A stretch of 42,204 bases of DNA from NCBI GenBank assembly GCA_039922395.1, contig JBDSAB010000269.1:1-42204 (forward strand). The letters run 5' to 3'. This stretch comes from Caldimonas sp. (lineage in GTDB: Bacteria; Pseudomonadota; Gammaproteobacteria; Burkholderiales; Burkholderiaceae_C). The notes beneath the pieces are model-generated. The model saw nothing but the letters and a program-made list of their open reading frames with translations, had not been told where the DNA came from and ran no database searches. Each line of letters begins with the position of its first letter. Position 1 is the stretch's first letter. Positions 20,910 to 30,858 of this stretch are shown in pieces. The translations under genes were made by a program, and so were the position numbers.

Positions 20910-23239
20910 CTGTCCGCGTTCGCCGCGATGTCCTGCGCCGCGCTGCCGACCGCCAGCGCCGTCATGTTGACGATCCGGCGCACCGTCGCCGACGGCGTGA
21001 GGATGTGCGCCGGGCGCGCCGCGCCGAGCAGGATCGGCCCGACCGTCACGCCGTGCCCGCCGACGATCTTCAGCACGTTGAAGAGGATGTTGGCGGCATC
21101 GATGTTGGGCATCACGAGAACGTTGGCCTCGCCGGTCAGGCGGCTCGTCGGCAGGTAGCGCTTGCGCACCGTCTCCGAGAGCGCGGCGTCGCCGTGAATC
21201 TCGCCTTCGCATTCGACGTCGGGCATCAGCACGCGGAAGCGCTCGGCCGCCTCGCGCATGCGCTGCGCCGAACCGCCCTTCGACGAACCGAAGTTCGAGT
21301 GCGAGAGGAACGCGACCTTGGCCGGACGGCCGAAGCGGCGCACCTCGTCAGCCGCCATCCGCGCGATCTCGGCCAACTGCTCCGCACTCGGCTCCTCGTT
21401 GACGAAGGTGTCAGTGAGGAACAGCGTGCGGTCGCCGAGCATCAGCACGTTCATCGCCGCGAAGGTGTTGGCGCCCGGGGCGAGGCCGATGACGTCGCGC
21501 ACGTGCTCGAGGTGGAACTCGTAGCGGCCGACCAGCCCGCCCAGCATCGCATCGGCATCGCCGCGCCGGATCATCATCGCGGCGATCAGCGTGTTCGAGC
21601 GCCGCACCGCGGCCTTCGCCATCTCGGGCGTGATGCCCCGGCGGCCCATCAGACCGTGGTAATCGTCGGAGTAGGCACGGTGGCGCGGATCGTCTTCCGG
21701 GTTCACCACGTCGAAGTCGCGGCCCGGCTGCAGGCGCAGGCCGGCGCGCTGGATGTGCGCCTGCATGACGGCCGGCCGGCCGATCAGGATCGGCTTGGCG
21801 AGGCCTTCGTCGAGCACGACCTGGATCGCGCGCAGCACGCGGTCGTCCTCGCCCTCGGCATAGGCAACGCGCACCGGCTTCGCCTTCGCGCTCGCGAACA
21901 GCGGCCGCATCACCATGCCGGTCTGGTAGACGAAGCGGTCGAGCGAGCGCCGATAGCCGTCGAGGTCGGCGATCGGCCGCGTCGCGACGCCGCTCTCGGC
22001 CGCCGCCTTCGCCACCGCCGGCGCGATGCGCAGGATCAGGCGCGAGTCGAACGGCGTCGGAATGATGTAGTCGGGCCCGAAGCGCAGCTCCTGGCCCGCA
22101 TAGGCCGCGGCGACCTCGTCGCTCGGCTCGGCCTTGGCGAGCGCCGCGATCTCGCGCACGCACGCGAGCTTCATCTCCTCGGTGATGCGGGAGGCGCCGC
22201 AGTCGAGCGCGCCGCGGAAGATGTACGGGAAGCAGAGGACGTTGTTGACCTGGTTCGGATAGTCCGAACGGCCGGTCGCGATGATGCAGTCGGGCCGCGC
22301 CTGCTTCGCGAGCTCCGGGCGGATCTCTGGCTCCGGGTTGGCGAGCGCGAGGATGATCGGTTGCGCCGCCATCGTGCCGACCATCTCGGCGGTCAGCACG
22401 CCGGCGGCCGAGCAGCCGAGGAACACGTCGCAGCCCGACACCACGTCGGCGAGCGTGCGCGCCGCCGTCTTCTGGCAGTAGCGCTGCTTCGACTCGTCGA
22501 GCTTGCCGCTGCGCGCGTCCTCGCGCTCGTGCTGGATCACGCCGCGCGAGTCGACGACGAAGATGTTCGCCACCTTGACGCCGAGGCCGACCATGATGTC
22601 GAGGCAGGCGATCGCGGCCGCGCCGGCGCCCGACGACACCAGCTTGATCGACTCGATCGGCTTGCCGACCAGCTCGAGCCCGTTCAGCAGCGCCGCGCCG
22701 GAGATGATCGCGGTGCCGTGCTGGTCGTCGTGGAAGACCGGGATCTTCATGCGCTCCTTGAGCGCCTTCTCGATGTAGAAGCACTCGGGCGCCTTGATGT
22801 CCTCGAGGTTGACGCCGCCGAGGGTCGGCTCGAGCGCTGCGATGATCTCGACCAGCTTCTTCGGGTCCTTCTCGGCGAGCTCGATGTCGAACACGTCGAT
22901 GCCCGCGAACTTCTTGAACAGGCAGCCCTTGCCTTCCATCACCGGCTTGGCGGCGAGCGGGCCGATGTCGCCGAGGCCGAGCACCGCGGTGCCGTTGGTG
23001 ATGACGCCGACCAGGTTGCCGCGCGAGGTGTACTCCGCTGCCAGGTTCGGATCGGCCTCGATCGCGAGGCACGGGTAGGCGACGCCGGGCGAGTAAGCGA
23101 GCGACAGGTCGCGCTGGTTCGAGAGCGCCTTGGTGGGCGTCACCGAGATCTTGCCGAAGGTCGGCGCTCGGTGGTACTCGAACGCCGCGTCGCGCAGCGA
23201 CTTCTCGGCGTCGCTCAGCTCCATCCTGGACTTGTCCAT
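20906..23239 (-). CDS. maeB: NADP-dependent malic enzyme with C-terminal phosphotransacetylase-like domain
   Basis: '[11 protein letters not shown]', 'NGTAVLGLG', 'KPVMEGK', 'NLEDI', 'HDDQHGTA', 'GAGAA', '[11 protein letters not shown]'; PTA domain 'AEGED', 'SHSNFGS', 'GPILLG'; GGAGA RBS before 23239. Confidence 0.96.
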   Translation of the reverse strand: MDKSRMELSDAEKSLRDAAFEYHRAPTFGKISVTPTKALSNQRDLSLAYSPGVAYPCLAIEADPNLAAEYTSRGNLVGVITNGTAVLGLGDIGPLAAKPVMEGKGCLFKKFAGIDVFDIELAEKDPKKLVEIIAALEPTLGGVNLEDIKAPECFYIEKALKERMKIPVFHDDQHGTAIISGAALLNGLELVGKPIESIKLVSSGAGAAAIACLDIMVGLGVKVANIFVVDSRGVIQHEREDARSGKLDESKQRYCQKTAARTLADVVSGCDVFLGCSAAGVLTAEMVGTMAAQPIILALANPEPEIRPELAKQARPDCIIATGRSDYPNQVNNVLCFPYIFRGALDCGASRITEEMKLACVREIAALAKAEPSDEVAAAYAGQELRFGPDYIIPTPFDSRLILRIAPAVAKAAAESGVATRPIADLDGYRRSLDRFVYQTGMVMRPLFASAKAKPVRVAYAEGEDDRVLRAIQVVLDEGLAKPILIGRPAVMQAHIQRAGLRLQPGRDFDVVNPEDDPRHRAYSDDYHGLMGRRGITPEMAKAAVRRSNTLIAAMMIRRGDADAMLGGLVGRYEFHLEHVRDVIGLAPGANTFAAMNVLMLGDRTLFLTDTFVNEEPSAEQLAEIARMAADEVRRFGRPAKVAFLSHSNFGSSKGGSAQRMREAAERFRVLMPDVECEGEIHGDAALSETVRKRYLPTSRLTGEANVLVMPNIDAANILFNVLKIVGGHGVTVGPILLGAARPAHILTPSATVRRIVNMTALAVGSAAQDIAANADS

Positions 23240-23382
23240 GCGCGTGTCTCCGGTTGTTGGTAGGCGAAAAATAACGGGTTGGCGGAGGCCGCGCAAGCCG
23301 CCTGCCCCGCTCGCGAACGGGGCATCGCGCGCCAGCGCCTCGATGACGCCCGGCGCGAGCGGTCGGTCGAGAGACCTGAAGG

Positions 23383-25419
23383 TCAGGCCCGCGGCAACGT
23401 CAGCACGAACGCCACGCCATCGGCCTCGTTGCGCGCGACGATGGTGCCGCCCATCTTGGCCATGTAGGTCCGCGCGACAAAGAGGCCCTGCCCGCGCCGA
23501 CCCGCAGCCGCGGCGTCGGGCGCATCGGAGACGCCGTACTCGAAGATGCGGCCCAGGTTGTCTTCGGGGATCGCCGCGCCCTGGTTGTGCAGCGCCATCT
23601 GCACGCCCTGCCCTTCGGCCGCGAGCGTGATGCGGATCGGCGTGCCGGGCGTCCGATGCCGATCGGCGTTGCGCAGCACGTGCGTGACGACGTCCTCGAG
23701 CGAGTGCTCGTCGGCACGCACCAGCATCGGCGTGCCGAGCCGTGCGTACTCGACCCGCTCGATGCCGATGTAGCCGGCATTGCCCGCCACGTGGCCGAGG
23801 AAGGCGTCGAGGTCCACCGTGTCGAGCGCCAGGGTCGTCGACTCGAACGCCTCGCTCGGCGAGGCCTGGCCATAGAGCACCCGCACCGCCTGCTGCATGC
23901 GGCTGATGTAGCGCGCGCTCGGGTCGTCGCGCTGGCCATGCAGCACCATCAGCGACTGGAGCGGCGACATGATCTCGTGGCCGACGGCGTGCCACATGTC
24001 CTGCTCCTGCTTGACGCGGATCTGCTCGCGGCGCACGTCGTCGTTCACGCGCAGCAGCAGGTCGTTCAGGCCTTGCGCCAGCACGCCGAGTTCGTCGCCG
24101 CCGCGCAGGTCCGAGAGGTCCAGGCTGGCGAGGCCTTCGCCGCCGCGCACGCCAACCGACACTGCGGCGGAGCGGCGGGTCAGCAAGGTGATGCGACGGA
24201 TCACGAACAGCTCGAGCAGGCCCCAGGTGAAGCCGACCGCGAGCAGCATCGCCCCGACGGTCCAGGCCAGGCGCGTGGCCACGGCCGCGAGCGCCTGGTT
24301 GACCGAGCGGATGTCGCCGGTCAGCACGAGCTCGTGGCGGCCGAGCGAGGTGTCGACGACCTCGCGCGCCTGCATCGGCGCGTCGAAGCCGTCGACCGGC
24401 AGGCGGCGGATCACCTGCGCGATCCACGGCGAGATCGGCTGGTCGTCCAAGGCCGCCCCGGTCAGCTCGAACACGGGGCGGGGATTGCCGGCGTGCTGCA
24501 CGGTCAGCTTCTCGCCAGGTAGCAGCAAGGCGCGCAATTCCTCGAGCGAGAAAGGCAGCGTTGCACCCCGTGTGTCGCTGTCGAACAGCGGCTTGCCCTC
24601 GCCCGGCGCGAGCAGGCGCAGGCGGATCGTCATGCGATCCAGATCGGGCGGCGGCCACTGCAGGCTCTTCGCGATCAGCGCATCGCGGAACACCTCGACC
24701 GGCAGCCGCACCGACAGGAAGCTGCGTCGCGCACAGATCGGCGTCGTGGCAGCCGGCTCGATGCAGCGACCCTCCTGCCAGAGCCAGCCGCGAAAGTCGC
24801 GCACCGGCCGGGCCCCGAAGGCGATCGGCGCACTGCCGAGATATCCGGTCAGGCGCCCCTTGCCGTCGGGGCTGAGCTCGTAGGGCGCAGTCCAGCGCGT
24901 GGTTGCGCCCCGGTAGTCGACGTCGACGATCGCGCGGTGCACGTCGGTCAGCTCGAGATCGCCGCTGCCATGCGGCACCAGTTCGCCGGCGGCGAGGCTC
25001 GCGACCAGGTAGACGAAGCCGCCGGCGTAGGGATTGCTGCCGATCGCCGCGCACAAGGTCGCGCCGTCGGGATAGAGGAGCGCGCAGCCGGCCATCTCGA
25101 CCGCCTGCAGCGCCTTGGCTCGATCGTCGAAGTCGAGCGCGGCGAACGGCAGCACGAGCGGATGCACCGGCTGCGCCGGCCGGTCGGCAGCGGCCGGATT
25201 CAGCAGCGCCAGCTGGCCGGTCGGATGGCGCAGGCGCGCCGCGATCTGCGCCTGGTTCTTCTTCAGGCCCTCGGCATAGATGCGGTGGCTGCGCTGCTTC
25301 TCGTCCTGCAGCACCGAGAGCGCCAGCGCCACCATCGCCAGCGCAAGCAACGCAAACAGCCCGCGGAACAGGATGCGCAGCCGCAGCGGCACGCGCCCCG
25401 GCAAGCGCCACCGCTTCAT
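23383..25419 (-). CDS. Membrane sensor histidine kinase with a large periplasmic domain and HAMP (ChvG/PdsS-like)
   Basis: TM1 'LFALLALAMVALALSVL', about 330-aa periplasmic region, TM2, HAMP 'DELGVLAQGLNDLL', H-box 'GHEIMSPL', N-box 'HVLRNA', 'NQG', G2 'GQGLF'; TGATG-coupled to the regulator. Confidence 0.92.
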   Translation of the reverse strand: MKRWRLPGRVPLRLRILFRGLFALLALAMVALALSVLQDEKQRSHRIYAEGLKKNQAQIAARLRHPTGQLALLNPAAADRPAQPVHPLVLPFAALDFDDRAKALQAVEMAGCALLYPDGATLCAAIGSNPYAGGFVYLVASLAAGELVPHGSGDLELTDVHRAIVDVDYRGATTRWTAPYELSPDGKGRLTGYLGSAPIAFGARPVRDFRGWLWQEGRCIEPAATTPICARRSFLSVRLPVEVFRDALIAKSLQWPPPDLDRMTIRLRLLAPGEGKPLFDSDTRGATLPFSLEELRALLLPGEKLTVQHAGNPRPVFELTGAALDDQPISPWIAQVIRRLPVDGFDAPMQAREVVDTSLGRHELVLTGDIRSVNQALAAVATRLAWTVGAMLLAVGFTWGLLELFVIRRITLLTRRSAAVSVGVRGGEGLASLDLSDLRGGDELGVLAQGLNDLLLRVNDDVRREQIRVKQEQDMWHAVGHEIMSPLQSLMVLHGQRDDPSARYISRMQQAVRVLYGQASPSEAFESTTLALDTVDLDAFLGHVAGNAGYIGIERVEYARLGTPMLVRADEHSLEDVVTHVLRNADRHRTPGTPIRITLAAEGQGVQMALHNQGAAIPEDNLGRIFEYGVSDAPDAAAAGRRGQGLFVARTYMAKMGGTIVARNEADGVAFVLTLPRA

Positions 25420-26105
25420 CAGGGCAGGCTCGAAAAGCGAAAGCCCCGCATCGGCACGTTCTCGATGCCGTCGAAGCCCGGGTCGATCTCGCGAAAGGCC
25501 TCGCGGATGGTGCTGATGTGCTTGCGCACGTTGTCGCGGTTGCGCCCGCTCTTGATGACCTGGTAGAGGTCTTCGTAGCTGACCACCTCGCCGCGCCGCG
25601 CATGCAGCGCCGCCAGGATGCGCTGCGCCGTCAACGGCAGGTTGATGCGCTGCCCGCGCCACAGCGGCGCCGCCTGCTTCAGGGGATCGAGCGAGAGCTC
25701 GGCGGTCGCCGGCACCGATATCACGCGCGCCGGCTTGCTGCGCAGGATCTCGAGGAAGGTGTCGACGAAGTCGGCCTCCTCGAAGGTCGTCTTCTGCAGA
25801 TAGTCCCAGGCGTCGAGGGCCTTCATGATGCTGCGGTAGATGGCCGCCGGCATCGCCGAGACCACCAGCACCGGCGTGCCGCCGCGCTTGTTGATCGCAT
25901 TGATGATCGCCACGCCGGCATGGCGCTCGCGACCCAGCTCGATGTCGAGCACGACCGCGTCGTAGTGCTCGCGTGCGATCGCCGCCTCGGCGTCGTCGCG
26001 CGTGAACCACTGGTGCACGGTGATGCCGGGACGGGCGGCTTCGATCCAGCCCTTGAGCTGGTTGCTGGTGGGCAGATCGTCCTCGATGACGGCAACCGTG
26101 GGCAT
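25419..26105 (-). CDS. OmpR-family response regulator (ChvI/PdsR-like)
   Basis: REC 'VAVIEDD', 'VVLDI', 'VVSA', 'YLQK'; winged helix 'RRGEVVSYEDL', 'HISTIREAFREIDPGFDGIENVPMRGFRF'. Confidence 0.92.
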   Translation of the reverse strand: MPTVAVIEDDLPTSNQLKGWIEAARPGITVHQWFTRDDAEAAIAREHYDAVVLDIELGRERHAGVAIINAINKRGGTPVLVVSAMPAAIYRSIMKALDAWDYLQKTTFEEADFVDTFLEILRSKPARVISVPATAELSLDPLKQAAPLWRGQRINLPLTAQRILAALHARRGEVVSYEDLYQVIKSGRNRDNVRKHISTIREAFREIDPGFDGIENVPMRGFRFSSLP

Positions 26106-26252
26106 GCGGCGAATTATCTCGGCGCCACCGCACGCACGGTGTGAAGGTTTCTTCCGCGGCCGGAGCGAAGCCGCCTCGCGACCGTCTTTCATGCTCCGGG
26201 CCCGATTCGAAGAATGGGCGATGTCAATCACGACACCCCCACGGAGCCTCGA

Positions 26253-27476
26253 ATGAACTTCTCGCTGACCCCTCTGACCCGCGCCCTGCACACCGCCTAT
26301 GCCGCCGTTGGCGACGTGGCACGGCGAGGGGTCGGTGCCCGCCGCATGCTGATCACCGCCGGCGTTGCGGCGGCCGGCGCGTGGCTGCTGATCGCGCACC
26401 CGCCGGTCGATTCGGTTCCGGCCGGCGAGATCGCGGTGCGCACCAACCAGTTCAGCGGCGACGTCACGGTGCTCGGCGAAGGCTCGGCGCTGAAGCTGCC
26501 GGCCCTTCACGTGCTGCGCCACTTCACCTTGCGCGACCGCGTCGTGCGGCCCACCGACGGACGCAAGGCGTCGGGGTCGGCGCCGTTCCAGTCGGTCGAA
26601 GGCTTGTCGATCGGTGTCGATCTGGCGGTGCGCTACGCAGTCGATCCGACCAAGGTGACGCAGATCGTCCGCAAACTGCCGGAAGATCTGGACGGCGAAG
26701 TCGTCGTGCCGGCGATGCAGGCGGTGACCTACAAGACCTTCGCCCGCTACACGGTGCGCGAGATTTTCTCGAGCAAGCGGGTCGAGATCCAGCAGGCCAT
26801 CGAGACCGAGCTGCGCACCAAGCTCGCGGCCGACGGCATCGTGCTGAAGAACGTTCAGATCGGCCAGGTCGACCTGCCGGCCGACTACCGGCGCGGCATG
26901 GACCGCCTGCTGTCGGAAGAGCTCGAGACCGAGAAGATGCGCTACACGCTCGAGCTGAAGGAAAAGCAGGTCAAGCAGACCGAGCTCGAAGCGCTCGCCG
27001 ACAAGGCCCGGCGCGAGACCGCTGCCGCCGCGGCCGCGAGCGAGCAGGTCATCGCGGCGCGCGCGCAGGAAGACGCGATGCGCCATGTGCTGCCGTTCAA
27101 GCAGAAGCAGATCGAGCAGCGCCAGCTCGAAGCCGAGGCCGCGAAAGTCACGCGCATCAAGCAGGCCGAAGCGTCCGCGCAATCGCGCCGCATCGAGGCC
27201 GAGGGCGAGGCCGACTCGCGCCAGAAGCTGGCGGATGCCGAGGTCTACCGCATGGACCGCGTGGGCCGGGTCAACACCGAGCAGATGGCGCGCGAAGGCG
27301 CCCTGCTCAGCCGCTACCCGCTGCTGATCCAGAAGACGGTGGCCGACAAGCTCTCGGACAAGGTGCAGGTCATCATCGCGCCGCCGGGGACCGATGGCCG
27401 CTTCATCGCGTCGGGCCTGATCGGCAAGCTGCCTGAAGGGCAAGAGCCGGCGGCCACCGAAGCCGGAGGTCAGTGA
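26253..27476 (+). CDS. SPFH/band-7 (prohibitin/flotillin-like) membrane protein with a long coiled coil
   Basis: N-terminal TM, 'VPAGEIAV', 'SVEGLSIGVDLAVRY', 'YTVREIFSSKRVEI', 'DGIVLKNVQI..VDLP', AEA-rich coiled coil 'RIEAEGEA'; GGAG RBS before 26253 (26214 is an alternative start). Confidence 0.9.
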   Translation: MNFSLTPLTRALHTAYAAVGDVARRGVGARRMLITAGVAAAGAWLLIAHPPVDSVPAGEIAVRTNQFSGDVTVLGEGSALKLPALHVLRHFTLRDRVVRPTDGRKASGSAPFQSVEGLSIGVDLAVRYAVDPTKVTQIVRKLPEDLDGEVVVPAMQAVTYKTFARYTVREIFSSKRVEIQQAIETELRTKLAADGIVLKNVQIGQVDLPADYRRGMDRLLSEELETEKMRYTLELKEKQVKQTELEALADKARRETAAAAAASEQVIAARAQEDAMRHVLPFKQKQIEQRQLEAEAAKVTRIKQAEASAQSRRIEAEGEADSRQKLADAEVYRMDRVGRVNTEQMAREGALLSRYPLLIQKTVADKLSDKVQVIIAPPGTDGRFIASGLIGKLPEGQEPAATEAGGQ

Positions 27477-28912
27477 TGCCTGCTCTGACCGCCATCGCGC
27501 TGACGACCCTGGCCATCGTCGCGCAGGACGCCACCCCCTTGCGCGCGGCGCCCAGCGCGAGTGCCGCCAACCACGCCCAGCTGTGGCAAGGCGAACTGCT
27601 CGAAGTGCGCGGCAGCCGCCTCGACCACCTGCAGGTCTACGACCACCGCCGCGAGCGCGCCGGCTACGTGCGGGCCAGCCAGGTGCGCGTGCTGCCAGCG
27701 AGCGACGCCGAGGCGCCGCAACTGCTCGCGGTGCTGCGCTTCCTGCGCGACACGCCCGGGGCTGAGTCGCTTGGCATCGCCTATGTAGCGGGCTATCTGA
27801 AGGCCGCGCCGGCGGGCCAGATCACCGCCGAGCCGTTCGATGCGCTGGGGGTGATGGCTGAACGCCTGGCACGGCGCGCCGGCGGCAAGCCGGCGTCCGC
27901 CACCGTGACCGCGCACCTCGACGTCGTTGCGCAGTACGGCGTCAAGTTCACGAGCTTCGAGCGCCAGGGCACGGTGCAGCTCTGCTACGACGGCGAGGCG
28001 TTCCGGCGCGTCGCCGCCATGGCCGCGACGACCGCATCGAAGGCGACGCCGGCCCAGCGCGCCCGGGCCGCGCTCGCCCTGACGCGTCACGACTGCATCG
28101 ACCCGGTGATGCCGCCGCACGAGCGGCAGGCGCTCGACCGTTGGCGCGCCGGGTTGCTCGACGACATCGAGCCGGCGGCGATGACACAGCTCGACGAGGT
28201 CACGAAGAACCGGTTGCACCTGCGCCGGGCCGGCGTCTGGGCGGCGGTCGCGTTCGCACAGTCGCGCCGCGCCGAGGCGACGCAGGCCGCGACGCAGCGT
28301 TCGCTTGACGAATTGGCGGCCGTCGACAAGCGCGAACTCGGCGACGACGAGCAGGCCGACTACACCGAAGCGGCGATTCGAGTCGGTGCGGTGCGCTGGG
28401 GCGCGATGCCCGTCGCGCCGGCCACGGGCAAGCTGCAGATCCGCGTGCGCAGCGGCGAACCGGGCCAGACTTGCGTCGGCGTGGTCGAGGCGACCCAACC
28501 CGCAATGACGCCGGCCGCCGAGCGCTGCACCTATGCCACCGTGTGGGCGGCGTCCGCCGCGCCCCGTGCTGACGGCCGTGCCCTCGCGCTCGCGGTGCAG
28601 CCGCTCGAGGGCTGGAGCGAGCTGTGGGTCTGGCGTCGGCGCGGCGACGGCTGGACGCTCGACGTCCTCCCGCCAGCCGCCGCCGAGCCCGGTCTCGGCT
28701 ATGTCGAGTTCGCCGGCTGGGCCCCCGCCGCAACGTCGAAGCTGCTGGTCGCGCGTGAAGCCAAGATCAACGGCAAGGTGATCCGCCGCTTCGAGGTCCT
28801 GATGACCGACTCGCTCGCAACCGACAGGTTCGCCAGTACGCCGCAACTGCTGGCCGCCTTCGGGCCGTGGGCCGACCCGCGCTGGAAGCGGACGACGGTC
28901 AGCCTGCGCTGA
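27476..28912 (+). CDS. Exported hypothetical protein with an N-terminal SH3b-like domain, helical middle and beta-rich C-terminus
   Basis: Hydrophobic leader; 'TPLRAAPSASA...QLWQGELLEVRGSRLDHLQV...AGYVRASQV' fits the bacterial SH3 pattern; TGATG overlap with the SPFH stop; GGAGG RBS. Confidence 0.75.
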   Translation: MPALTAIALTTLAIVAQDATPLRAAPSASAANHAQLWQGELLEVRGSRLDHLQVYDHRRERAGYVRASQVRVLPASDAEAPQLLAVLRFLRDTPGAESLGIAYVAGYLKAAPAGQITAEPFDALGVMAERLARRAGGKPASATVTAHLDVVAQYGVKFTSFERQGTVQLCYDGEAFRRVAAMAATTASKATPAQRARAALALTRHDCIDPVMPPHERQALDRWRAGLLDDIEPAAMTQLDEVTKNRLHLRRAGVWAAVAFAQSRRAEATQAATQRSLDELAAVDKRELGDDEQADYTEAAIRVGAVRWGAMPVAPATGKLQIRVRSGEPGQTCVGVVEATQPAMTPAAERCTYATVWAASAAPRADGRALALAVQPLEGWSELWVWRRRGDGWTLDVLPPAAAEPGLGYVEFAGWAPAATSKLLVAREAKINGKVIRRFEVLMTDSLATDRFASTPQLLAAFGPWADPRWKRTTVSLR

Positions 28913-29162
28913 CGGTCGCTCGATCGCAATCCTCGCCAGCGACGCCTCCCCGCCGGCGCGTCGCAGGCGGGATCTCAAAAATGGCGGGCACGCCGGCTGC
29001 TGAACGGTGGCAATGACGCACGCAGACGATCCCTGGAAGACGAGAACCGCACAGCAACGATGGGCGATCGGTCGCACGCGTATCCCCACGCGGGAGTCGT
29101 CTTGCTCCCCAGGGTCATCGGCGTCGGCTAATCTCTCGGCGCCTTCAGTATCCTGACGATCC

Positions 29163-30779
29163 ATGGCGGCACTTCCAGACACCGACGCCGAGACCGGCAC
29201 GGCGACCCGCACGCTGCACCTCCTGCGTGCGCAGGTCGACGCGGGCCGCGTCGAGCTGGCCGGACTGCGCCGCCAGCTCGCCGAAGCGCGCGAGGAATTC
29301 AGCGGACTGCGCTCGACCGAGCTCAAGGAGGCCGACGGACGCCTCGTTTCCGCTGCCGTCCATGCCGACACGGTCGCGCAGACGGTGATCAGCAGCCTCG
29401 ACGAGCTCACCCGCCACAGCCAGCACGACGAGCTGACCGGCGCGCCGAATCGGGCACTGATGCTGGACCGGCTCGAGAGTGCCATCGCGTTGGCACAGCG
29501 GCGTGCGACGCGGGTCGGCGTGCTGTTCATCGACCTCGATCGGTTCAAGCAGATCAACGACACCCACGGGCACGCGGTCGGCGATGAAGTCCTGCAACTC
29601 GTCACGCGCCGGCTCGAAAGCGCGGTGCGCGATTCGGACACGGTGAGTCGCCACAGCGGCGACGAATTCGTGGTCCTGCTCGCCGAGATCTACAGCGCGC
29701 ACGACGCCGTCCCGGTGGCCGAGAAGATGCTCGCATCGCTGGCACAGCCGGCGCGGATCGGGTCGCACGACCTGACGCTCTCCGCGAGCATCGGGATCGC
29801 GCTGTACCCGGAGGATGGCGCCGACGCGGCGACGCTGATCCAGCGTGCCGATGCGGCGATGTACCGCGCCAAGGGGCGCGGCGCCGGCGCGTACGAGTTC
29901 TTCGCGGAAACCTCGGGTGCGGAGACCCTGCTCAACGCGGAGGTCGATCCAGCCGCCAACCTGCCGAGGCGGGCCGCCTCGCTGCTGGCCCGGCACGAGG
30001 CGCGCCTGCGCGAGCTGTCCGATGCCAACCGCGACCTGCTGCACACGGCGCAGATCGCCCAGAAGCTGCAGGCGCATGCCGAAGAGGCGCACCGAAAGCA
30101 GATCAACTTCGTGGCGATGGCGGCCCATGCGATGCGCACGCCCCTGTCGGTGATCCGCATGACCGCAGCGACGCTGCCGCGCCGGGCGGCCGACTCGGAC
30201 TCATCGCGAAGTCACGAGGTGCTCAAGCGCCAGACCGCGCACCTCGCTCGCCTCATCGACGACCTGCTGGACGGCTCGCTGATCGGCGGCGGCGAGTTCA
30301 AGCTCGACAGCAGCGACCTGGACATCGATTCGATCGTGAGCTCGGCGGTCGACGTCTGTCGGCATTCGATCGACTCGCGACGGCAGCGCCTGCGCGTGCA
30401 GCCGTCGACCACGAAGGCAATGGTGCACGGCGACCCGATGCGCCTGGCCCAGGTCTTCAGCAACCTGCTGAACAACGCGTCCCGGCGGTCGCCGGAGGGC
30501 GGCGACATCTGGCTGACGACGGCGGTCGTCGGCGTCGAGGTGCACGTCGCGGTGTCCGACGAAGGACCGCCGTTGTCTCCCGACGCGCTGCCGACGGTCT
30601 TCGACATGTTCGCGCTCGACGCCCAGGCCTCGGCCGATGAAGCGGGGCTGGGCATCGGCCTCGCCGTGGTCAAGGAACTCGTCAAGGCGCATGGCGGACA
30701 CGTGAAGGCGCGCAGTCCGGGCGACCGACGGGGGGCCCTCTTTCTCGTCAGTATTCCGTTGGTGACGGCGCAGCGGTAG
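29163..30779 (+). CDS. Cytoplasmic GGDEF domain-histidine kinase (HisKA/HATPase) fusion
   Basis: 'HDELTGAPNR', 'FIDLDRFKQINDTHGH..GD', RxxD I-site 'RDSD', 'SGDEF', 'ADAAMYRAK'; then 'AHAMRTPL', 'DPMRLAQVFSNLLNNA', 'SDEG', 'GLGIGL'. Confidence 0.9.
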   Translation: MAALPDTDAETGTATRTLHLLRAQVDAGRVELAGLRRQLAEAREEFSGLRSTELKEADGRLVSAAVHADTVAQTVISSLDELTRHSQHDELTGAPNRALMLDRLESAIALAQRRATRVGVLFIDLDRFKQINDTHGHAVGDEVLQLVTRRLESAVRDSDTVSRHSGDEFVVLLAEIYSAHDAVPVAEKMLASLAQPARIGSHDLTLSASIGIALYPEDGADAATLIQRADAAMYRAKGRGAGAYEFFAETSGAETLLNAEVDPAANLPRRAASLLARHEARLRELSDANRDLLHTAQIAQKLQAHAEEAHRKQINFVAMAAHAMRTPLSVIRMTAATLPRRAADSDSSRSHEVLKRQTAHLARLIDDLLDGSLIGGGEFKLDSSDLDIDSIVSSAVDVCRHSIDSRRQRLRVQPSTTKAMVHGDPMRLAQVFSNLLNNASRRSPEGGDIWLTTAVVGVEVHVAVSDEGPPLSPDALPTVFDMFALDAQASADEAGLGIGLAVVKELVKAHGGHVKARSPGDRRGALFLVSIPLVTAQR

Positions 30780-30858
30780 CGGGCGCTGGCGGCATCGAGC
30801 GCTGCTGCGCTGAAGCGGACCGAATGGTCGGCCGCAGCCGGCCCCGGACGTTCGCCTT

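Noticed and set aside
23303-23324. TGCCCCG-N8-CGGGGCA hairpin between the kinase and maeB
   Set aside because: No adjacent U-tract, so it cannot be called an intrinsic terminator.
20906-25603. 1565-aa ORF suggesting a giant fusion to malic enzyme
   Set aside because: The first 788 codons are mostly an alternative frame of the kinase gene with Arg/Ala/Pro-rich non-protein composition. MaeB homology starts at 23239 behind its own RBS.
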